From: an uncultured delta proteobacterium
GTDB lineage: Bacteria > Desulfobacterota > Syntrophia > Syntrophales > UBA5619
DNA length: 64,000 nucleotides
Assembly: GCA_963817385.1 (NCBI GenBank)
Contig: CAWFOM010000009.1
Coordinates: 66,773-130,772 of the forward strand
Direction: 5' to 3'
Shown here one piece after another: positions 19,964 to 30,155 of this stretch. Position 1 is the first letter of the stretch. Each line of letters opens with the position of its first letter. The notes under the pieces were generated by a model. The model made no database searches. It was given only the letters and a program-made list of their open reading frames with translations, and was not told the origin of the DNA. Made by a program: the position numbers and the translations under genes.

Positions 19964-20181
19964 TATTCGCAAATTTCGATATTCATCGAGAATATTCATT
20001 TAACCAGACGTTAACCTTCTTTGGCCTTACGCAGAGTATTTTATATAGAGTCGCGTAAAGCACCATGGACCCGAGCCTGCGAACATGTAGCGGTGCTCTG
20101 CATGGGTCGACTGGTTCAAGTGCCCGGTCCCGGAATACTACCATCTGAGATCTGATCACCATATAAGTGCATTTTGGTAGA

Positions 20182-22750
20182 TCAGTTGGTTCCGGCAAGC
20201 GCAGGCAGCCCATCGAGCATCAAGCCGTCTAAGGTGCCGTTAAGCTGAAACCCCACAACGTTCCTATCCGATGAGTAGACAATATAGGTGGCACTACTGA
20301 TATCCAGAGAGAAGATATCCTCCGCGTAATAGACCTTCCTGGCATGGCCGCCGACAGGGACCACCTGGGGGGTGCCCACCATTGCTCCGGCGTCGGTATA
20401 GGCGGTCAGGGTAACGGACGCCGCGCTGGCGTCAGTGTTGACAAAGACGATGCCGGTCCATCCGCCGTTCTTCTCGATCTTGGGAAAGACGCCCGTCTGC
20501 GCGCCGGTCCCGCCCCCTCCGGCATAGGCCGCCAACTGGTTGCCGTTGACGGTGCCGAAAAGCTCAAAGCCGGTGATAGGACATGTGGAGTCTATCTTGA
20601 ACCACGCCGTGTCAGCGGGAAGGCTGAGTTCCGTAAATTTGCCGATATATTTCCCCTTCCCTGGTATGGACTGGGTTGAGGTGAGAAGGGGAGCCCCCTG
20701 GTCGTTGTAGGGCCTGATGGTTATCGTACAGGCCGACGCCGATGGGTTATAGACTACAATGCCGGTCCACCAGCCATCACCGCCCACGTGGGGGTAGTAG
20801 ATGGTCGGGGCGGTGTTGCCGGTGAGGAGAATTCCGTCCATCTGGTTGCCGCCGACGGTACTGCCGAAGAACTCCAGTCCGATGATGCCGCCGGCATTGG
20901 TGATCACCGCCGATTGAATGCCCGGCTGAGGCTGGTCATTGAACAGGCTTGCGATGTCGAAGGCTTTGTGTTCGTTGGCATTAAGTGTGATACTCCTGTT
21001 CTCGCCATTGTCAAAGGTAATGGTCAGCGTTTTCGCTTCCGTGGTTTGTGTTCACCAGGCTTACCCAGGTTCGCCAAGCAGCGTTTGAGGCTATGTGTGA
21101 GATATAGATATTCGACGAGGTGTTCAGCTCTTTTACCGCAGGGATTGCCGCTCTATAGCTTCCTGTTTGGTATAACTTTGTGTAGCCCTGGATCGCAGCA
21201 GAATCTGTATCAAAGGTAATGTATCCTATGTCTGTGTGGTTTGTAAATTCATTCGCAACGGTGATCTGTCTCCTACCGTGGGCGGAAAGTGTGACAGGCA
21301 TGGTAGTCCCGACGGGTACACCGTCATCTCTCCAGGCCCTCAGGGTGCCGGTGAGCGGTTGATCGCTGGTATTGATGAGGGCTATCTCCGTTTGCCAGGG
21401 CAAGCTCGTGTCTATGTGAGGGAAGTAGAGAGGCGTATTGGCGCCAGTCTGTGTAACGGTGAAGGGCTGTCCTCCAATGGTCAGGCTTCCCGTTCTGGTG
21501 CTTCCCGTTGTATTGGCGGCTACGGAGTAGGAAACCGTTCCACTCCCGGTTCCCGTACTCCCCGCTGCAATCGTTATCCACGGAGTACTGCTCGCGGCAC
21601 TCCAGGAACAGCTGCTCGAGGGTGTGACTGCCACCGTGCCCGTATGGCCCAACGGGTTGAAAAGTGAACTGGCTGGGGAGATGTTATAGGTGCATGTTAT
21701 GGCGCCATCCTGTGTAACGGTGAACGTCTTTCCTCCAATGGTCATGGTTCCTGTCCTGGTGCTTCCCGTATTGGGTGATACGGAATAGGAAACCGTTCCA
21801 TTCCCGGCACCTGCATTCCCCGCGGTAATCGTTATCCACGAAGGTTTGCTCGTGACGCTCCAGGAACAGCTGCTGGAGGTTGCGACTTCCACCGTGCCCG
21901 TGTTGCCCACAGTACCGAAGGCAGTATAGTGCGGCGAAGAGCTGAAAAGAGGAGAACTGGTTGGGGAGATGGCGTAGGCGCATGTTGTGGATGTGGAGCC
22001 ATTCTGTGTAACGGTGAAGGTCTTTCCTCCAATGGTCATGGTTCCTGTCCTGGCGCCTCCCGTTGTATTGGCGGCTACGGAATAGGAGACCGTTCCATTC
22101 CCGGCACCCGGACTTCCCGCGGTAATCGTTATCCACGGAGCGTTGCTTAACGCTGTCCAAGAACAGCCGCTTGCAGAAGGAGTCACCGTTATTGTGCCCG
22201 TGTTACTGGAAGCATTAAATGCATAACCGGAAGGGGAAATGTTAAAGGTACATGCTGTAGTTGCAGTGGTATACTGCAAAAGACGAGTATAAAATGCCTG
22301 TAAGCCTTCTGCGTTTAACATATAAGATCGTGAGATCTCCCCGGTAGTCCGATCCAGATACGTATTGCTGTTATTCGGATCAATCACGGCAATCAGGGGG
22401 AAATAAAACAATCCCGGGGGCGCATAAGAATACCAGTCCCGATGGGCGACGCCACAGCCGGAAGGCAGATAATCCGTACCCGCCTCGCCATACCACGGAA
22501 TAAAATATTGTTCAATCAAGCTTTTAATCGGAGGAGAGTTAATTTCACAAGCTTTCTCTCTCATAGTTGTAGTCCAGTCGCAGCATACACTTCCGCCAAC
22601 GAGCAATATCTTTTTCCCTTGAGCTTTTGCCAAAGCAACAGCTTCTGCTTTCGTAGTTTGCCATACCAAAGCAGCTGCAAATGCACTGTTGCACCCGACC
22701 CATAAGCATACCGCTACCACAAGGGCTGCAATTACGCTATGACGCTTCAT
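20182..22750 (-). CDS. Secreted protein: signal peptide, thioredoxin-like domain, three BACON-like repeats and a four-repeat C-terminal module; frameshift near 21040
   Basis: WQTTKAEAVALAKAQGKKILLVGGSVCCDWT; three CxWxxxSxxxWITI...GxGTVSYSV...RTGxxTIGG repeats; C-terminus paralogous to 24180-25443. Confidence 0.75.
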
Positions 22751-22850
22751 TTTTCCCCCCCAATTTCTAATTTGGAAACCTTATGCATAACCTTCGGTTT
22801 GCCATCCCGGATCATTCATCGACTACATACCGCCACTGTCTTTTGTCTCC

Positions 22851-22878
22851 AGTATAAAACGGATAATGGTCCCGTCAA
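22851..22878 (-). promoter_or_regulatory. Sigma70-like promoter TTGACG-N16-TATACT
   Basis: About 100 bp upstream of the ATG at 22750. Confidence 0.5.
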
Positions 22879-22920
22879 GAGAAAATGAGCTGGTCTATGT
22901 TAATTCATTCACATTCATTG

Positions 22921-22936
22921 TGTGATATAGATCACA
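22921..22936. promoter_or_regulatory. CRP/FNR-family binding site
   Basis: Perfect TGTGA-N6-TCACA (TGTGATATAGATCACA) in the AT-rich divergent intergenic region. Confidence 0.6.
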
Positions 22937-23640
22937 AAAGAAGCCTCGCTTGATTACACTAAAGAGCAAAAAGTATGAACTCCCTATAGACCATCGAGGC
23001 TATCAATAAATACCAATTCCATCTTACGGCCAGCCCTCTTTCCTCCATTGAGAAAGCACATAATGCAAAATATGCATAAAATCAAGAACAATTAAACAAT
23101 TATCGAAGTCATCTATCCCTCCTTTATAAGATCATCTCGGGAAAATTTCCGGATTTCAAACTACGGCGATACTCATTTTGTCATTGGCATTCATAACTGT
23201 TAGGTTTGCAAAATTCGCACCATCCTTATTAAATCAACCGTATTAATTCAATATTAAAGACATTTTAACGGGTGAAAAGAATGGTCGAATCGAGTTATGA
23301 TGGGAATAACCTTCATAGGCATATTCAATATTGACCCGCAAGCTTATTGCAATGGTTCCTTAGTATTCAAAATATTTGCGATTTTATATAACCGAAATAT
23401 CCTACACCAGTATTATAATGCTCAACCCGTGTGAAGAACGATGAATCAGTTGGAGATCCTGGGGCAGATGGGAGCCATCACGCAGATCCAGGCACGAAAG
23501 CCCATGCCCTGAAAAACTGCGCTCGCCTCATCACCGAAAACGACAACTCCCCTACAAACTTTTTGAGGTTATTTGCGCACCCATGTGCGCGCGACCGGAA
23601 TCAAATCCCATCCCGAGACAACAAGTTATGATAAATCTCA

Positions 23641-23669
23641 TTGACATACAAGATACCTTTCCGTATCAT
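23641..23669 (+). promoter_or_regulatory. Sigma70 promoter TTGACA-N17-TATCAT
   Basis: Near-consensus, about 130 bp upstream of the AAGGAG RBS and ATG 23800. Confidence 0.65.
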
Positions 23670-23799
23670 CAACTCGCGCAAAAGCAACTTCTTATCGAGA
23701 AATCTGCCTGACGGCGTCCCGAAAACAGAACTTGTTATCAAATCAAAACGCACGCGAGAAAAAAATCGCGAAACCCTCCCACTAAAGGAGAAAAATAAC

Positions 23800-25443
23800 A
23801 TGAAACATACCTCATTCAAAACAATATTTCAGCCATGGATCCTCGTGACCTTGATTGTGTTATTACAAACGGGATCCCTATTCACTGCGGGAACAGAAGC
23901 TGTTGCCTGAAGTAGTTACCCTCAGCTGACCGTGGATGTCAGCCCTGACAATAGTGGTACCGTTAAAATCAATGGTTCGGCCGCCACCTCTTACCCTTCG
24001 GTTTTCAGTATTGCCCGATACTCAACCGTCACCCTGGAGGCCATGCCGGCATTCGGATACACTTTTTCCAACTGGAGCGGTGCGGTGACGGGCGCCACCA
24101 ATCCGACTTCCCTCTATGTTGATTGCGACAAGACCGTCACGGCTACCTTCACGCCCCAAAGCGCCGGAATATCGAAGCTTTATTTTCCTCACGTGGCGAG
24201 TCAGGTAGGGAGTTCTCCTGATATTTGGGAGACGGAGATTTGCGTGATCAATACCAGTGATCAGGTCCTCAGGGGAACGTTGAGGTCATACCTGAACAAT
24301 GGCCAGGCAACCTCATCCGGCAAAGCTATCACCCTGGCTGCTCACGGGAGGTGGAGCCGGATTGTGGGGGGTGGTGAGTTTACGAATCCCTCTGAGATCG
24401 GGTACATGGTTTTTGAATCAGCTTCCGACAACATCGTAGGCTACACGAAGTTTTACCAAGAGGGGAAATATCGAGCGGCGATCCCTGCGGTAAAACAGGT
24501 GAACAACAACGATATCTATATCCCCCACATAGCCTCAAACGCTGACTGGTGGACCGGGATAAGCCTGGTGAACACAACTTCGGCAATGAAAGAATTGACG
24601 ATCACCTTTAACACTGGCCAGAGCGTGCCCTACACACTCAACGCCAACGAACACAAGGCCTTCGACATCGCAAGCCTGTTCAATGACCAGCCTCAGCCGG
24701 GCATTCAATCGGCGGTGATCACCAATGCAAGCGGCATTGTTGGTCTGGCGCTTTTTGGCAACACCGGCGGCAGCGACCACCTGGACGGAATCCTCCTTAC
24801 CGACAACACCGCCCCGACCATATACTATCCTCACGTGGCTGATAATGGATGGTGGACCGGCATTGTGGCCTATAACCCGTCGGAGTTGGCGTGCACGATA
24901 ACCATCAAGCCCTACAATGCTCAGGGGATCCCCCTTCTCTCCAAGACCCGTTCTCTCATGGGGAAGAAAAAATATATCGGCCTGGCTACGGAACTCGACC
25001 TTCCCGCTGAGACGGCGTGGTTCAAGATAGACGCCACAAGGCCCCTCACCGGCTTCGAGCTTTTTGGCACCGTCGACGGCAACCAGCTTGCGGCCTATGC
25101 GGGAGGGGGCGAGACCGGCGCGATGGGGGGCGTCTTTCCCAAGATCGAGAAAGACGGCTGGACCGACATTGCCTTTGTCAACACGGACGCGAGCGCGGCG
25201 TCCGTTACCCTGACCGCCTATGACGACGCCGGAGCTGTGGTGGCCACCCAGGTGCTCCCTCCTGTCGGCGGCCATGCCAAGATGGTCAATCACCCGGAGG
25301 CGATCTTCTCGCAGGATATCACGAGCGCCACCTATATTGCCTACTCATCGGACAGGAATGTGTTGGGGTTTCAGCTCAATGGGAGCTCGGACGACATGAT
25401 GCTCGATGGGCTGCCTGCGCTTGCCGGAACACCGCAGCGATAG
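23800..25443 (+). CDS. Putative secreted selenoprotein (547 aa with UGA at codon 37): signal peptide, InlB-B-repeat-like domain and four-repeat C-terminal module
   Basis: RBS and ATG, 36-aa signal peptide ending AVA, TGA at 23908-23910, then the frame stays open into ORF 23932-25443; SECIS-like hairpin follows. Confidence 0.7.
23922..23948 (+). promoter_or_regulatory. Candidate bacterial SECIS element
   Basis: TCA-GCTGAC-[CGTGGAT]-GTCAGC-(CC bulge)-TGA, beginning 11 nt after the UGA; GU near the 5' side of the apical loop. Confidence 0.6.
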
Positions 25444-25780
25444 ACGGGCATCGATACGGACGCGACCATGCGGTAACTTCTTGCATGGGGCGTGATCGCT
25501 TTGACGACGACGATAATGCGGCATTATCGGTAAAGTCGCCCGGTACGACTGGCGCTCCGCCCATCGCCTCTTCTTCGTGGCAGATTTGAACTAAGGAAAG
25601 TTTTGGGGAAGCGGAGACGCTGCCGTAGAAGTACCTGGCTTCACTGTCCGGGAGCCGGATGAGGAACTCGATGCCACACTATTCCCTGTATCCTTGGGAT
25701 AACGTTTTTCCCGGCCGATGCAAAGGCTACGGGGGGTGAATAAAACGATTTTTCGATTAACCAAGAAGAGGAGGTAATGT

Positions 25781-26218
25781 ATGATCAAAGAATTCAAGGA
25801 GTTCGTCGTGAAAGGAAACGTGCTGGACATGGCGGTCGGTATCATCATCGGCGCATCGTTCGGCAAAGTAGTTACCTCATTTGTGAACGATGTGATGATG
25901 CCTCCCATCGGTCTCCTGCTCGGAAAGGTGGATTTCAGCAATCTCTTCATCAACCTGTCGGGCAAATCGTTTGAGTCGCTGGCCGACGCAAAAAAAGCAG
26001 GCGCCGCAACGCTCAACTACGGGTTATTTCTCAACACGACGATCGACTTTCTGATTGTCGGATTCGCCATATTCATCCTGGTGCGGCAAGTCAACCGCAT
26101 GAAACGCCAGGCGCCAGCCGCTGCCCCCGTGACCCGTGAGTGTCATTTTTGCTTCACCGACATCCCCATCAAAGCCACCCGTTGCCCGCACTGCACTTCT
26201 ACACTGGCCGAGGGGTAG
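25781..26218 (+). CDS. mscL: Large-conductance mechanosensitive channel with C-terminal zinc ribbon
   Basis: [29 protein letters not shown]-terminal CHFC...CPHC. Confidence 0.95.
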   Translation: MIKEFKEFVVKGNVLDMAVGIIIGASFGKVVTSFVNDVMMPPIGLLLGKVDFSNLFINLSGKSFESLADAKKAGAATLNYGLFLNTTIDFLIVGFAIFILVRQVNRMKRQAPAAAPVTRECHFCFTDIPIKATRCPHCTSTLAEG

Positions 26219-26462
26219 AGCCCGGCAACGCCAGCGCCTTGTGGGCAGTTGCCCGGGAGTCTTTTTGTTTGTAACATGTTAATTTAATGTGGTATAATTT
26301 GATTCGGGAGGATCAGTCAATGGAGAAGACACGGGGTGATAATCGGCGGCGGGGAGACTGTCCGATTTCGATGGACATTGTCCGACGGAATAGTATTTTC
26401 ATTAAAGCACTGCTGTCATTCAAAATCTTGAGGCGCACGGCAGTGCGTCGGGAAGAGGGATT

Positions 26463-27347
26463 ATGGAACGAATAGGCTTTATCGGTCTCGGCGCGATGGG
26501 GAAGCCCATGGCGCAAAACCTCATGAAAGCGGGCTACCCGGTTCATGTACTGACGCGCACGCGCTCGAAAATCGACGATTTGCTTGCAGCCGGTGCTCTC
26601 TGGTGCGACACGCCGAAGGAAATCGCCGAAAGAAGCGATGTCGTCATCACCATGCTGCCGGACACGCCCGATGTTGAACAGGTGGTCGCAGGCAAAAATG
26701 GCGTGTTCGACGGCGTCCGCCCGGGAATGCTGATTATCGACATGAGCACGATTTCGCCGATTGCGGTGCGCAAACTCGCCCGCGAGGCCGAGACACGCGG
26801 CTGCGATTTTCTCGATGCACCCGTCAGCGGCGGCAACATCGGTGCGCAGAATGCGACCCTTTCGATCATGGTCGGCGGCAGGGAACCGGCGTTCAACCGC
26901 GCCATGCCGATTTTTCGGGAGATGGGGAAAGCGATTCTCCTCATCGGCGATTCGGGGGCGGGGCAGATCACCAAAGCCGCGAACCAGATTCTCACGTCCA
27001 TCCATATCGAAGCGGTCGCCGAAGCGCTCGTGTTTGCCGCAAAGGCAGGTGTCGATCCCCGCAAGGTGCGTCAGGCACTCATGGGAGGCTCAGCGTACAG
27101 CCGCATCCTGGAGAACCACGGACAAAAGATGATCGATCGAAACTTCAAACCCGGCTTCCGCATGCGCCTGCATCGAAAGGATCTGGACATCACCCTGGAC
27201 GCCGGCAAGGCGTACGGCGCAGCGCTGCCCGTGACGGGACAGGTGCGCGAGCTGATGACCGAAACGCTCAACGACGGACAGGGCGACATGGACAATTCCA
27301 GCTTCATCCTTCTGCTCGAAAAACTCTCGAACAAAAAGGGGGAATAA
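26463..27347 (+). CDS. 2-hydroxy-3-oxopropionate reductase / beta-hydroxyacid dehydrogenase
   Basis: GFIGLGAMG; DAPVSGG; GAGQITKAANQ; FKPGFR..LHRKDL. Confidence 0.9.
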   Translation: MERIGFIGLGAMGKPMAQNLMKAGYPVHVLTRTRSKIDDLLAAGALWCDTPKEIAERSDVVITMLPDTPDVEQVVAGKNGVFDGVRPGMLIIDMSTISPIAVRKLAREAETRGCDFLDAPVSGGNIGAQNATLSIMVGGREPAFNRAMPIFREMGKAILLIGDSGAGQITKAANQILTSIHIEAVAEALVFAAKAGVDPRKVRQALMGGSAYSRILENHGQKMIDRNFKPGFRMRLHRKDLDITLDAGKAYGAALPVTGQVRELMTETLNDGQGDMDNSSFILLLEKLSNKKGE

Positions 27348-27391
27348 TCGACGGATTTCGATCGTTCGTCTCCGACGGCCTGATAATCCTG

Positions 27392-27420
27392 TTGACAGGC
27401 CGCACGGCCCTCCTTATACT
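27392..27420 (+). promoter_or_regulatory. Sigma70 promoter TTGACA-N17-TATACT
   Basis: Near-consensus, upstream of the OsmC-family gene. Confidence 0.7.
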
Positions 27421-27526
27421 TCCGCCGTTCCTGAACATCGTCTCGTCGCCGGAACGTGCGGTTGTTCGGGAAACAATCCGGAAGGCGTAGCAAAAGGCGC
27501 CGTCACGATCAGGGAGGAAATCGGTC

Positions 27527-27943
27527 ATGGGAGTCGAAATCGGTATCGCTTATGAGGGAGAGTTGCGCTGTCGCTGCGAACATGGACCTTCCCGCGTCGT
27601 TCTGGCCACCGACGCCCCGCTGGACAACCAGGGCAGGGGGGAGAGCTTTTCACCCACCGATCTGGTCGCCACGGCCCTGGGCAGCTGCATGATGACCATC
27701 ATGGGTATCGTGGCCCGGCGTAATCACTATCCGATCGAAGGGACGACGGTCAGGGTCGTCAAGGAGATGGTCCAGGAGCCCGTTCGGAGGATCGGCAAGC
27801 TGTCGGTGGAATTTCATGTCAGGAACGGCAGCCGGTTGAGCGAGGCGGACCGAAAAAAACTCGAACAGGCGGCCTACACCTGCCCGGTTCATAAGAGCCT
27901 GCATCCGGATATCCAGATCCCCGTCATCTTTCACTGGGAATAA
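27527..27943 (+). CDS. OsmC family protein
   Basis: TDAPLDNQGRGESFSPTDL...GSC...CPVHKSL. Confidence 0.9.
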   Translation: MGVEIGIAYEGELRCRCEHGPSRVVLATDAPLDNQGRGESFSPTDLVATALGSCMMTIMGIVARRNHYPIEGTTVRVVKEMVQEPVRRIGKLSVEFHVRNGSRLSEADRKKLEQAAYTCPVHKSLHPDIQIPVIFHWE

Positions 27944-28086
27944 CTGGTTCATCATCACGACGCCGCCGGCAACAATCACGGCCGACCAGCGTGCCCTTTG
28001 CCCGGTAACGCCTGATCGTGGTTATCGCGTCGATGATTCAAGATCGACTGAGCAGGTGCAGCCGCAGAGCGGTTTGCAAAAGACTC

Positions 28087-29061
28087 TTATGACATGACTC
28101 CCACCGCAAGATATCCAATGATCAGACAAACGAGCGTCAGCGCATGGACTTTTATTGTGGCAAGGTTCGCAGGAGCCATTTTCATCTTATCCATGTAATT
28201 TTCATTGAGTATTCGAAATGCATTGTATGCAACGGGTAACGTGAGAAGCCCCAGGAGAACACTGAACGGGGTTATCACGAAGAAAACCGACAGGAGGATG
28301 ACCGCGTAAGCGCAAACGAGCCCGGCAACATATAATATCACGCCCGGCTTCCTTCCAAGACGGGCAACAAGGTTCAGCTTACCCGCCTGCCGATCCTCCT
28401 CATAATCGGGGATCTCGTTGATAACGATCATGGACCACATGAGGAATCCGGGGACAAGTGAAATGACAAAAGGTTCCCAGTCAATCGATCTTGTCTGTAC
28501 GTAGAATGCACCGAGGCAAATGACGGGACCGAAATTGATGAGCAGGCTCAATTCGCCGAACCCCCGATAGCCGTACCGTACGGGCGGCATGGTATAAAAA
28601 ACCGAAGAAAAAATGCCGATGGCAGCGAAGATCAGTATGGGCCAGCCGATCATTACGGTCAGGTAAACCGTTATCATTATCCCGATGAGATAACAAATAA
28701 TCGATGCGGAGAGGACTTGGCCGGTGCGAAGAAGCCCCCCCGTCAGCACGCCGCTGCCCCCGGTATAGGGATTCTTCTCTTCGCCGGGTAAACGATCCAC
28801 CGCGTGGCGATAATCGAAGACATCATCGATCATATTCAGGCCCATATGGTGCACCGTCACGCCGATAATAACCAGGATAAAATACCAGAAATTGAATTCC
28901 CGAAATATCGCCCAGGCAATGACACTTCCCAGCAGGGCCGGAAAGATGCTGGTGGGTACGTAATGAAGCCGAAGCGCCTGAACCCATATCCCCACGATGC
29001 CCCGATGCTGTCCGTTTTTATTTACCAATATCATCGTTAGCGGCATTGCAGGAGACCTCAC
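28087..29061 (-). CDS. menA: MenA-like (UbiA superfamily) prenyltransferase
   Basis: NMIDDVFDY...D; GGSG; YTMPP..GYRGFGE; NEIPDYEEDRQAGK; start uncertain. Confidence 0.7.
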   Translation of the reverse strand: MRSPAMPLTMILVNKNGQHRGIVGIWVQALRLHYVPTSIFPALLGSVIAWAIFREFNFWYFILVIIGVTVHHMGLNMIDDVFDYRHAVDRLPGEEKNPYTGGSGVLTGGLLRTGQVLSASIICYLIGIMITVYLTVMIGWPILIFAAIGIFSSVFYTMPPVRYGYRGFGELSLLINFGPVICLGAFYVQTRSIDWEPFVISLVPGFLMWSMIVINEIPDYEEDRQAGKLNLVARLGRKPGVILYVAGLVCAYAVILLSVFFVITPFSVLLGLLTLPVAYNAFRILNENYMDKMKMAPANLATIKVHALTLVCLIIGYLAVGVMS

Positions 29062-29282
29062 CTTTCGATAATGTCGTTGTCGATGGAGAACAGAGAACGT
29101 CTTTCCGTTGGCCCGGATGTTATTTTTTCATTACACCGATAATGAACTATATCAAAGCTTGATCGCTGTTCCCAGTAAATACTGACGGGTTCCGGCGCTT
29201 TTTACCGCACAAGCCGCAGCATCGTTATCGCCCGGCCAAGCCCAATCCCCTCACTCCGTGTGCTTAAAGAAGCTTGCGCCGC

Positions 29283-30155
29283 TCAGCCCAGACAGCGGGG
29301 AAGCTTGTCTACAACGATGAGAAGCATGGTTATGAGCATAAAGGTGTTTGTACTCATGAAGATGCCCGTATAACTTAGTGTGCGTCTCCTCATGAGTGCT
29401 ATCCCTCTGGTTATGAACCATAGGGACGTCGCAAAAAGGGAGATATGAATGAGGGATGATTGTATCAGCCCATAAAAGATGACAAGCTGGAGACTGACGG
29501 CTGCAGCAAGGAGCCACTGGAACGTCAAGCGATCGAGTTGATCTCCGGTGAAGACCGCGGTTAGAGACGGAAGATGGATCTCTTCGTATTCCTTTCCGAA
29601 GGCCTGCTGATGGATCAGGAAGTGGGGGACCTGCCACATGAAGAAGAAAAAGCAGATCACAGCCAGTCGGGCGTCCGAGAAGCATCCGCCCCCCGTCGTC
29701 CAACCGATCGCCGGAGGTATGGCGCCGACCAGGGCGCCGGGGATCGCTGCAAAGGCATTATGTGCCTTCAGCCATGTGTAGAACCCGTTATACCAGAGGA
29801 TCGCGGCAAGTCCCAGGAGGGGCGCGGTCAATACGCCGGCGGACAGGAGAACGGCGGCGCCTGAACAGATCAGGATCAGGGAGAAACGGAGGGCATCGGC
29901 GGGTTGTACTTTACCCGAGGGTATGGGTCTGCCGGCCGTCCTGGGCATCAGGGCATCCGTTGTTCGCTCCTGGTAGTGATTCAGTGCAGAACCGCCGCAG
30001 GCCATGAGAAAAACGCCCATGATCAAAACCGGCAACGCCGCACCGAGCGGATGGTTGGCCAGGAGAAGGCCGGTAGCGGCGGACAAGGCGGCAAAAAAGG
30101 ATATCGTTACCTTGCAGAGACCGAGATAGGAACGGACCACTTCTTTCGATGTCAT
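29283..30155 (-). CDS. ctaB: Protoheme IX farnesyltransferase (heme O synthase)
   Basis: ALNHYQERTTDALMPRTAGRPIP; GAIPPAIGW; WQVPHF; last gene of the cox operon. Confidence 0.9.
   Translation of the reverse strand: MTSKEVVRSYLGLCKVTISFFAALSAATGLLLANHPLGAALPVLIMGVFLMACGGSALNHYQERTTDALMPRTAGRPIPSGKVQPADALRFSLILICSGAAVLLSAGVLTAPLLGLAAILWYNGFYTWLKAHNAFAAIPGALVGAIPPAIGWTTGGGCFSDARLAVICFFFFMWQVPHFLIHQQAFGKEYEEIHLPSLTAVFTGDQLDRLTFQWLLAAAVSLQLVIFYGLIQSSLIHISLFATSLWFITRGIALMRRRTLSYTGIFMSTNTFMLITMLLIVVDKLPRCLG

Noticed and set aside
21450..22255. Tandem ~270-bp DNA repeats as a CRISPR or non-coding array
   Set aside because: They are in-frame BACON-like protein repeats; no CRISPR array or cas gene was seen in the window.
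26140..26200. Zinc ribbon on MscL as a novelty
   Set aside because: This C-terminal CxxC...CxxC extension is a known variant of MscL proteins.
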